A DNA stretch of 13,484 nucleotides from Candidatus Bathyarchaeum sp. (lineage in GTDB: Archaea; Thermoproteota; Bathyarchaeia; Bathyarchaeales; Bathyarchaeaceae): the NCBI GenBank assembly GCA_026014495.1, contig JAOZIF010000105.1, positions 1-13,484 on the forward strand, in the 5' to 3' direction. The position numbers and the translations under genes were made by a program. Below, in pieces: positions 6,441-13,484 of the stretch; position 1 is the first letter of the stretch, and the number at the start of each line of letters is the position of its first letter. Below the pieces are notes generated by a model. The model was not told the origin of the DNA, ran no database searches, and worked only from the letters and a program-made list of their open reading frames with translations.

Positions 6441-8528
6441 TTATTTTTCTACGTAAATTTGGCTTGCTCCCATCTCTTTTTCTACACGTATTACATGCTC
6501 TGCTTTTTCTGCGAAAGCTTCATTGTGCGTTACAGCGATTATTTGCTCGATAGACTTTAAGCGACTCACTGCTTCAGCCAATCGGTCCACGGAGCCGTCT
6601 TCTCTTCCCAGACTTTCTGTTGGTTCATCAAGCAAAAGCATGTAAAGTCCGTGACCTGTTCTGGATTGCATGATTAGTTGTCCTAGTCCTATGCGGTAAG
6701 CAAATGCGAGTAGTGTGCGTTCTCCGCCTGAAAGGTTTGTGACTTCTCGTTCGTAGCCTTCTTCGCTGGATACTGTTGGCGAGTATGTTTCGTCGATTTT
6801 AATGTTTAATGTGGGTCCTGTGTCTCCGACTAGGTTGTCTAGTGTTTGTTGAACTGTGATCTGCAGGTACGTGATGAATTCTTTTCTAAGTTTAGGCTGG
6901 ATGCTCCTGTATGCAACCCGTATGCCATCTATGATTCCAAGAAGCTTGTTTATCTTCTCTTTTCGTTCAATCTTGCTTTGAGCATTATCTAACCTTTCTT
7001 TTAGTTCATCTACACGTAAAGCAAGATCCTTTTTTTGGCGCAATAAATTCTCTAACTCGTGTTTAGCTTCAGAGTGCTTTGTGAAAGCATTGTCACGTAG
7101 TTTTCGTGCGCACTCAAGTTTCGTAACATCAAACTTGGATATTTCGTCCCGAGTTTCGTCAAGCTGCTTTTGGAGCATAGTTTCTTCTTGTTGTGCCTCT
7201 TCAAGTTGCTCAGAAATTTTGGTAGTTAATTCCTGTTTTTCTGTCACCTGCTTTTTGGTGTCTGCTATTCGGGGAATAATCTGCTGGAGATTCGAGACCG
7301 CATCATCGACGATGCTGTGGCGGCTGTTTAGTTTGTCAAAGTCTTTTTGCAGTTCTGTTAGCCTTTTTTTGTTTTCTGCTTGTTCTTTTTGCATGTTTTT
7401 CTTGAGGCTTTCTTTGTAGTCGCCAGTGAGGTCTTGAAGGCATCGGGGACACTTGCTTTCGGTTATTATGCCTGCAATTGTGTTCATGGACGCTTTCATT
7501 TCTCTTTTTATTGCTTCTTGTTCGCCGCCGATAGTTCGGATTTGCTCTTCGAGACCAAAAATGTGGTTCTTTAGTTCTTCAAACGTTTTATCTGAGCCTA
7601 ATCCTGCTTCTTGGAGCGCTTTTTGGTGTGAGCTTTTTTGTTTTTCAAGCTGTTCCAAAAGCTTGTTTGATTCATCAAGGCGCCTCTTGTTTGTTTGTTT
7701 TTGGTCTAAAAGTTCTGTTGTCCTTCTTTTGATGTTGGCGATGTTTGTTTGAATCTGAATCTTTTTTCTTTGTAATGCCTCTGTTGTTTTTCGCAGCTCT
7801 TCGAGGCTTTCAAGAGTGGCAGTTGCCTCTTTGAGAATTGTTTGTGTTTTTGCAACTTTTTTGTTCATAGTTTCAAGTTGACTTGCAACAGCAAGGCTTT
7901 CTTCAGCCGCTTTGTTGTAGTCGCCGTCAAGTTTGTTGATGCGAATCACGTCTGCGTCCCGTTCAAGGACACTTTTTTCGATTTCATATTCTCTTTCAAA
8001 CTGGTGCAAACCGCTCCATGCAACGTTGTAGTCGGAAAGCCCAAACAGCTTATCCAGTTTTGTTTGGCGTTGCCGAGGAGTTATGTCTAAAAGTTCTTTG
8101 AGGTACTCTTGGCGCACCCAAATGACTTCTCGGAAAATGTTTTTGTCCAGTCCAGTTAGCGCTTTTAGTTCCTCGGTAACTGCATCGTTTTTGTTGCCTG
8201 CAACCATTTTGCCGTCTCGATAAAACTTGAGGTGGTCAACATCTTGGCTGATGCCGTTTGCTTTTCTTTGGAGGACACGTTGAATCTTGTATTTTGTGTT
8301 ATTGTGAACAAAAACTGCTGTTACCTTTCCGTTTTCTGCGTCTTCTCTGAGCAGATAATCGTAGCTTCTGCCTAATGGGTCTCCAAAAAGAACAAAATCA
8401 AGAGCATACAAAACAGTTGACTTTCCTTGCCCTACACCCCCAACTAGACAGTTGAAGCCTTCACCAAAAGGCACAACTGTTTTGACGTGCGACCTGATGT
8501 TCTCTAACTGCATGGATTCAAGCTTCAA
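6441..8528 (-). CDS. rad50: Rad50 (SbcC-like) ABC ATPase of the Mre11-Rad50 DNA double-strand-break repair complex
   Basis: Walker A GGVGQGKST, Q-loop VRQE, coiled coils, central zinc hook CPRC (7440-7451), signature LSGGE, Walker B LLLDEPT and H-loop VTH. TTG start overlaps the mre11 stop (TTGA). Confidence 0.92.
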   Translation of the reverse strand: MKLESMQLENIRSHVKTVVPFGEGFNCLVGGVGQGKSTVLYALDFVLFGDPLGRSYDYLLREDAENGKVTAVFVHNNTKYKIQRVLQRKANGISQDVDHLKFYRDGKMVAGNKNDAVTEELKALTGLDKNIFREVIWVRQEYLKELLDITPRQRQTKLDKLFGLSDYNVAWSGLHQFEREYEIEKSVLERDADVIRINKLDGDYNKAAEESLAVASQLETMNKKVAKTQTILKEATATLESLEELRKTTEALQRKKIQIQTNIANIKRRTTELLDQKQTNKRRLDESNKLLEQLEKQKSSHQKALQEAGLGSDKTFEELKNHIFGLEEQIRTIGGEQEAIKREMKASMNTIAGIITESKCPRCLQDLTGDYKESLKKNMQKEQAENKKRLTELQKDFDKLNSRHSIVDDAVSNLQQIIPRIADTKKQVTEKQELTTKISEQLEEAQQEETMLQKQLDETRDEISKFDVTKLECARKLRDNAFTKHSEAKHELENLLRQKKDLALRVDELKERLDNAQSKIERKEKINKLLGIIDGIRVAYRSIQPKLRKEFITYLQITVQQTLDNLVGDTGPTLNIKIDETYSPTVSSEEGYEREVTNLSGGERTLLAFAYRIGLGQLIMQSRTGHGLYMLLLDEPTESLGREDGSVDRLAEAVSRLKSIEQIIAVTHNEAFAEKAEHVIRVEKEMGASQIYVEK

Positions 8529-9724
8529 AGAAACTCCTCCAGCTTCTCTTTCACTTTAATTTCTCGCTTATCCACCAGTGGCGCTATCAAATCAAGTGCT
8601 AGACGGGCGATTTTTTCGCTTTCTTCGCGGTTGTAGTTTTCCTTGAAGATTTCAAAGAAATACTCGAAAGCCTTTGTTTTCAGGTCTTTTATGTCTCCGC
8701 CAAAGATGGAGCGGATTATTTCCTCAGAAATTTCTGTTTCTCTAAGCCGCAGAACAGGATGAACAAGAAGAGCCTTTTTGCTTGCACTTCTTATTTTTGC
8801 AAGGTCAATTTCGCCGCGTCCAGCCTCTGCAGGTAGCACTCCTTTGATGACAGGAACTATAATTGCTTCTGGTTCATCGTTGTCTTTAACCAACTGCACG
8901 GCTGCTTCTGTTATTTTTGAGGGCGTTAAACCAGTGTATGTTTGCTCTAGCACGATGAACCTGCGTGGAGTGTCCAAGTTTATGCGTTCAAGTTTTGGTT
9001 TGCCAGTTTTGCTGACCTGAACGTGGTAAAAGCCTTTCTTGATTTTTGCTTCATCATAGCTTGCGGTTTCTGTGCCGCCGCTATACGACAGAAAGCCGTT
9101 CTTGAACTTTGACTGATACGGCTTGTGAATATGTCCTCCCGCATAATAGTCAAAGCCTTCTGGAAGACTTTCTAGTCCCGCTTCTGCCTCCATTTTTGGG
9201 GGCTTAATTGCAGGAATATCCAAAGCCATGTGAAAAACAAGAACATTAAACAGTGACGGGTCAGGTGCGGGCTTGTTTTTTTTCAGAAACAATGGCAATT
9301 CTTCTTGGGTTTTTCGTGCAGTTCGAAAATTGGGGATGCCATAAACGTAGCAGTTCTCGTTTCTCCAGCATGCACCCTCATGACGAGGCAAATACCAAAT
9401 CAGTCCTGCACTGTCTAGTGGATTAAGAATCGTGCTTGTTATCATGTTAGGTGCAGAATCGTGAGAGCCATCAACAGCAAGAACAGGTATCCCCGCGTCT
9501 TTTAGCCTGCGAAAATTGCTTATCGCAGCTTCCAGAGTGGAGTTTGATGGGCGTGCATGCTCAAAGATGTCTCCTGCAAGTATCATAAAATCTGGCGCTA
9601 ACTCGATTGTTTTGTCCGCCAACTCGCCAAAAACGTTATTGAAGTCTTTGCGTCGCACATCCAAATTGTACTGCGCATACCCCAAATGCAAATCAGCAGC
9701 GTGAACAAAACTAAATGCCTTCAT
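8525..9724 (-). CDS. mre11: Mre11 (SbcD-like) metallophosphoesterase nuclease
   Basis: Phosphoesterase motifs HAADLHLG, LAGDIF, DGSHD, FH and GGHIH, plus YSG..E. Directly upstream of and overlapping rad50. Confidence 0.93.
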   Translation of the reverse strand: MKAFSFVHAADLHLGYAQYNLDVRRKDFNNVFGELADKTIELAPDFMILAGDIFEHARPSNSTLEAAISNFRRLKDAGIPVLAVDGSHDSAPNMITSTILNPLDSAGLIWYLPRHEGACWRNENCYVYGIPNFRTARKTQEELPLFLKKNKPAPDPSLFNVLVFHMALDIPAIKPPKMEAEAGLESLPEGFDYYAGGHIHKPYQSKFKNGFLSYSGGTETASYDEAKIKKGFYHVQVSKTGKPKLERINLDTPRRFIVLEQTYTGLTPSKITEAAVQLVKDNDEPEAIIVPVIKGVLPAEAGRGEIDLAKIRSASKKALLVHPVLRLRETEISEEIIRSIFGGDIKDLKTKAFEYFFEIFKENYNREESEKIARLALDLIAPLVDKREIKVKEKLEEFL

Positions 9725-10035
9725 TGCGCCCTTAGTCCCTCTTCAAACTATTAACTCGTAAACCATTAAGGTGCTTTAGTGACTATTATAAGTAAAGCCC
9801 AAACATGAATAGTTTCCTTCACCAATAAGAAACATCCATGAATCCACATTCATATTGGCACCAAATAGAGAAACATTGTTGAAAACAAGATTTTACTCTG
9901 AAAAACAGAAGTTATTTTTTGCTTCAGAATTCATAATTTTAAACAACTAATTTAGATTAAGTTCGATTTCTTTTATATGTTTGACAAAATCTTTATAGTT
10001 TCTGGAATAAATAACTCACATTAGTGGTATTTTAA

Positions 10036-10236
10036 ATGTCAACTAGCCTACAATTAACTGGTGAATCTGCTTTAGTTGCTTTTGTTTTACTTCTTAGTCT
10101 TTGGCTTTGGGATAAAAATCAAATAATTTCTATTGTTTTACTTGCTATTGGAGTAATTCTTGTTATTTTTGTTTTATATATTACGTTCAAATTAAAAAGG
10201 GATGAACAGAGAGATAAACGCAGGGGTTACATTTAA
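10036..10236 (+). CDS. 66-aa two-TM hypothetical protein with a basic C-terminal tail
   Basis: ATG start, two hydrophobic segments, then KLKRDEQRDKRRGYI. CAAAATC-TTTATA promoter-like element at about 9985-9997. GC is 59/201 (about 29%) by hand count. Confidence 0.55.
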   Translation: MSTSLQLTGESALVAFVLLLSLWLWDKNQIISIVLLAIGVILVIFVLYITFKLKRDEQRDKRRGYI

Positions 10237-10267
10237 TTTATTGCTTAACTTTCCATTTTTATTGGTC

Positions 10268-10324
10268 AAAATAGAATTTCTATTTTTATCCGATAAACCA
10301 GCCTTTTTGTGAAAGCCCAAAAAG
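10268..10324. repeat. Cluster of three short inverted repeats in a convergent intergenic region
   Basis: AAAATAGAA-T-TTCTATTTT (10268-10286), TTTATC-C-GATAAA (10285-10297) and CTTTTTG-N8-CAAAAAG (10303-10324). Confidence 0.5.
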
Positions 10325-10475
10325 CTCTTAACTGATTCACATTTCTGTGCGACATATTAGTCTGCTAATAGAGGTACATTGTTGAAAACTAACTTTTTTT
10401 CTGAAAAATTTTGCACAGCACACATTTGCTAAAAAAGTTCACACAAGCATTAGTACACCAAAAAAACAGCTTTTT

Positions 10476-11024
10476 TTACAATTGTGCCTCGGCGAGGTCG
10501 CTGTATGAGAGTGTTTCAAGATTGTTTGCAGATATTTCCAGTGTTTTTCTTAGTTCTTCTAGAACCTGCTGGTCTCGTTTAACCATGCTTGGTTTGTCAC
10601 CTGTTTGTCTTTCAAATTCAACAAATTTGCCAAGCGACTTGACCGTGTCCAAATGAATCTGGGTTCCTTTAAGCTGATAAATCTCTCTAACCTTGTTTAT
10701 GACAATAAGCGGCTTTAGTATCTTCTTAAGAACATCCTTCAGCTCTTGTGCTTCTTGAATCCTAAGCAAAAAAGCATCATCCTGCTTTGGTCCAGCAATG
10801 TTTTCCCGCTCATAATAAATCAACTCTGCAGCACTTTGACCTTCTACTTCTCTTAGCTTTAATCTTCCTTCGGGAACCACAAAATACAAGTCAGTTTGCT
10901 GAAAAATTCCAGTATATTGCGCTCCTAATTCAGTCAACTTTTTTTTCAAAAAATCGTGGTCGTCAACTCTTGCCTTTAATTCAACCATTTTATGCTTGAA
11001 ACTGCTCTGTGTTTCGATGTTCAC
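10476..11024 (-). CDS. cyaB: CYTH-domain protein (class IV adenylate cyclase / triphosphate tunnel metalloenzyme family)
   Basis: MVELKAR (ExExK-like), Q.DLYF..PEGRLKLRE, VINKVREIY, IHLDTVK.LGKFVEFE and C-terminal SYSDL. Start at GTG 11024 or ATG 10988. The actual substrate cannot be told from sequence. Confidence 0.87.
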   Translation of the reverse strand: MNIETQSSFKHKMVELKARVDDHDFLKKKLTELGAQYTGIFQQTDLYFVVPEGRLKLREVEGQSAAELIYYERENIAGPKQDDAFLLRIQEAQELKDVLKKILKPLIVINKVREIYQLKGTQIHLDTVKSLGKFVEFERQTGDKPSMVKRDQQVLEELRKTLEISANNLETLSYSDLAEAQL

Positions 11025-11083
11025 TGTGCACTCAACTCTTCACAAAAGGAGTTACACAGATGACTCTTTTGTCTTTCGATGCA

Positions 11084-11464
11084 TCAAAACTTAGATGCCT
11101 CAAAAGGCTTTTTCAAGTCACCACTGTTTGTGGTCTCTTCGAGTTTATCAAGCCTATTTTTGAACGATGATTCAAGCACTTGCATTAATCGACCATACGT
11201 TTCTTCATCAATTTTTTCGTCAGATAATAAAGCAAGAAGCTTCTTTGATTCGCTGTTGAAATGTTTCACATATTTTACTCTGCTTGTGAAGTTTGTAAAC
11301 TTTTTTCTGTCAATTTTACCTGAAAGCAATTGTTGCCTTAGCTTCTTTTCTTGCTTTTCGTAATCATCTTCTTCCTTTCGGGAATTATAAATAACTACAC
11401 CTACAAGAAAGAACACCAATATGGCTAGGGGTAGAATCAGAAAGAAGAAATAATTTGGTTCCAT
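11084..11464 (-). CDS. Single-TM membrane protein with two SHOCT-like helical repeats
   Basis: N-terminal TM, then KLRQQLLSGKIDRKKF and KLLALLSDEKIDEETYGRL, both of the L..L...G.I...EY/F type. A TATA-like TTTATTTT lies 21 nt before the ATG, suggesting a leaderless mRNA. Confidence 0.72.
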   Translation of the reverse strand: MEPNYFFFLILPLAILVFFLVGVVIYNSRKEEDDYEKQEKKLRQQLLSGKIDRKKFTNFTSRVKYVKHFNSESKKLLALLSDEKIDEETYGRLMQVLESSFKNRLDKLEETTNSGDLKKPFEASKF

Positions 11465-11694
11465 ATCAACTGAAAAGTTTGTTTGAAAATAAACCCTTTA
11501 TGAATTCTAACTAAATACCTCACATAAGTATGTCTACACAGATTTTTTGGAGCACAAACACATTTTCATGACTTTGCTAAAAACCCGATTTCTAAGAATG
11601 CAACAAAAACACAATAGGACAAAATTTGAGTAAGGTTAATAGGTTAGCTTTTAATCTAGCATGCTATCCATTAACAATCAGGAGAATATATAAG

Positions 11695-13484
11695 GTGCCC
11701 AAATTTAGGCAGACGAGCGATCTTGTAAAGCTCATGAATAAAAAAGAAGACATCAGGGATATAGGCATAATTGCCCACATCGACCATGGTAAAACAACCA
11801 TGTCTGACTCGCTGCTTGCTGAAGCAGGACTTTTGTCCCCTAAAATCGCAGGAGCAGCAAGAGCCCTTGACTATCTTGAAGAAGAACAAAAACGTGGAAT
11901 CACAATTAAAACAGCAAACATTTCCCTCCTACACGAGGTCGACGGCACATCACACGTCGTCAACCTAATCGACACGCCTGGACACGTAGACTTCACAGGA
12001 AAAGTAACACGTGCCCTAAGAGCAATCGACGGAGCAGTCGTAGTAGTAGACGCCGTCGAAGAAGTAATGGTTCAAACAGAAACAGTTACCCGACAAGCTC
12101 TTAACGAGCGAGTGAAACCCGTTCTATTCATCAACAAAGTTGACCGCTTGATTAAAGAACTTAAACTAAACGCAGACCAGATGCAAACAAAACTTCTGCG
12201 AATAATCAGGGACTTCAACAACCTGATTTCAATATATGGAGAAAAAGAAGTTAAAAATGAATGGAAAGTTGACCCCACTCAAGGAACAGTAGCCTTTGGC
12301 TCTGCGCTGCACAAATGGGGCTTCACGCTTGAGATGGCCCAGAAGGCTGGAATAAAATTCAGCGACGTTGTGGATGCATACCAGAATGGAACTGAAGAAA
12401 AACTTGCAGAAATAGTTCCTTTGCACACTGCAATACTGGACATGGCTGTCAAGAATCTTCCAAATCCGATAGTTGCCCAGAAGTATCGTGTTCCAAAAGT
12501 CTGGAAGGGCGAAGCAGATTCTGAGATTGGAAAAGCCATGATTAACTGTGACGAGAATGGACCCACTGTAATGTGTTTAACCTCAGCAATGATGGACCCA
12601 CATGCGGGCCTAGTTGCTACTGGCCGCATCTTTTCAGGTTGCGTTAACGAGGGTGACCGAGTTTTTCTGGTTGGCGCAAAGAAGGATTACCGTGTTCAAC
12701 AGGTCTCCATGTATATGGGTGCCTTCCGAGAAGTTGTTGGCAAAATAGGCGCTGGAAACATAGCTGCAGTGTTGGGAATGGACCTTGCACGAGCAGGAGA
12801 AACTCTCATTAGTGTTGAACAAAAAGATGGGATGGTTCCATTCGAGAACATACAATATGTTTCTGAGCCAGTCATCACAATCGCTATTGAACCCAAATAT
12901 CCACGTGACTTGCCGCGCCTAATCGAGTTAATGGACCGATTAGCAATTGATGACCCAAACCTTGTAACAAAGATTAACAAAGAAACTGGCGAATATCTGC
13001 TCAGCGGAATGGGTGAACTTCACCTTGAAATAGCCGTCAAGTTCCTCAAACAAACTGGTGGAGGATTAGAAATTCTAACGTCTCAGCCACTTGTTGTCTA
13101 CAGGGAAACAGCAGCTACCGAAGGTGTGGTTGCAATGGCAAAGAGTCCCAACAAGCACAGCAGATTCTGGCTACAAGTGGAGCCTCTTGATCAAACTGTT
13201 GTTGATTTGATGGAGAAGGGTGCACTGTTTGAAGCAATGGGAAACAAACGAATCGGTGAGACCCTGCGAGCGGAAGCAGCTTGGTCTGCTCAAGAAGCAA
13301 AGAACGTTTGGGCTTTAGAAGAGCACAGAAACATTCTGGTAGACTTAACTAAAGGTGTTCAATATCTTCGAGAAGTAAAAGAAACCGTTAACTCAGGTTT
13401 CAGATGGGCAGCCAAAAACGGTCCCCTTTCTGATGAGCCAATACGAGGAGTCAAAGTAAAATTGTTGGACGCAAAACTGCACGA
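11695..13484 (+). CDS. fusA: Translation elongation factor 2 (archaeal EF-2), 3'-truncated by the window edge
   Basis: Own translation from GTG 11695 (GGAG at 11681-11684): MPKFRQTSDLVKLMNKKEDIRDIGIIAHIDHGKTT, EEEQKRGITIK, DTPGHVDF, FINKVDR, FGSALHKWGF, SGMGELHLE, KSPNKH, GVKVKLLDAKLH. About 596 codons open to the window end; missing from the ORF track because it has no stop. Confidence 0.96.
   Translation, partial: MPKFRQTSDLVKLMNKKEDIRDIGIIAHIDHGKTTMSDSLLAEAGLLSPKIAGAARALDYLEEEQKRGITIKTANISLLHEVDGTSHVVNLIDTPGHVDFTGKVTRALRAIDGAVVVVDAVEEVMVQTETVTRQALNERVKPVLFINKVDRLIKELKLNADQMQTKLLRIIRDFNNLISIYGEKEVKNEWKVDPTQGTVAFGSALHKWGFTLEMAQKAGIKFSDVVDAYQNGTEEKLAEIVPLHTAILDMAVKNLPNPIVAQKYRVPKVWKGEADSEIGKAMINCDENGPTVMCLTSAMMDPHAGLVATGRIFSGCVNEGDRVFLVGAKKDYRVQQVSMYMGAFREVVGKIGAGNIAAVLGMDLARAGETLISVEQKDGMVPFENIQYVSEPVITIAIEPKYPRDLPRLIELMDRLAIDDPNLVTKINKETGEYLLSGMGELHLEIAVKFLKQTGGGLEILTSQPLVVYRETAATEGVVAMAKSPNKHSRFWLQVEPLDQTVVDLMEKGALFEAMGNKRIGETLRAEAAWSAQEAKNVWALEEHRNILVDLTKGVQYLREVKETVNSGFRWAAKNGPLSDEPIRGVKVKLLDAKLH

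Noticed and set aside
6950-8050. Low-complexity, weakly periodic T-rich sequence suggesting tandem repeats
   Set aside because: It is the antisense of Rad50's K/E/Q/L-rich coiled coil; there are no true DNA repeats.
4647-9704. Shadow ORFs over the S-component, surface protein, rad50 and mre11 genes (including 5426..5701 and 6320..6553)
   Set aside because: Antisense or frame-shifted by-products of real genes with no independent RBS or family features.
9800-9935. Short minus-strand reading frames in the AT-rich spacer, one of them Cys-rich
   Set aside because: All are under 30 codons, interrupted by stops or lacking starts, and show no recognisable similarity; a pseudogene call is unsupported.
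10396-10408. TTTTTC-T-GAAAAA palindrome
   Set aside because: Homopolymer arms in an AT-rich spacer, expected by chance.
11042-11057. TTACAC half-site upstream of cyaB as a third operator copy
   Set aside because: The partner half reads ACAAAA, only 2/6 matching GTGTAA, so there is no dyad.
11671-13300. Minus-strand and alternative-frame ORFs listed between 11671 and 13300
   Set aside because: All lie within or opposite the EF-2 frame, which explains the region fully.
1-13484. CRISPR arrays, tRNA/rRNA genes, IS elements, integrases and defence systems
   Set aside because: No regularly spaced repeats, cloverleaf or rRNA signatures, or transposase/integrase motifs were seen. The Mre11/Rad50 pair has a zinc hook and the standard arrangement, fitting housekeeping repair rather than an SMC-type defence system.

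Overview
Archaeal chromosomal window, most consistent with Bathyarchaeia; this is inferred from gene content, GGAGGTG ribosome-binding sites, BRE/TATA promoters and protein style, not from a search. It holds a four-gene methanopterin-cofactor biosynthesis operon on + (DUF447, RFA-P synthase mptG, DmrX-type Fe-S flavoprotein, DHPS-like protein). That operon converges, with a 4-nt gap, on an orphan ECF S-component-like transporter gene on -. Next come two small or secreted membrane proteins, an mre11-rad50 pair with non-canonical catalytic motifs and no adjacent herA/nurA, an AT-rich patch with a 66-aa membrane ORF, a CYTH/class IV adenylate cyclase-like gene and a TM+SHOCT-like gene. The window ends in the 5' ~80% of elongation factor 2, from GTG at 11695; it is truncated by the window edge and absent from the ORF track. 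Main observation: the same 16-bp palindrome, GTG(T/A)AA-AAAA-TTACAC, sits just downstream of the TATA box of both the methanopterin operon (440-455) and the S-component gene (5302-5317). This suggests an undescribed regulon coupling C1-pterin cofactor synthesis with uptake. The operon leader can also fold a 9-bp hairpin that hides its Shine-Dalgarno. No rRNA, tRNA, CRISPR array or transposase was seen.
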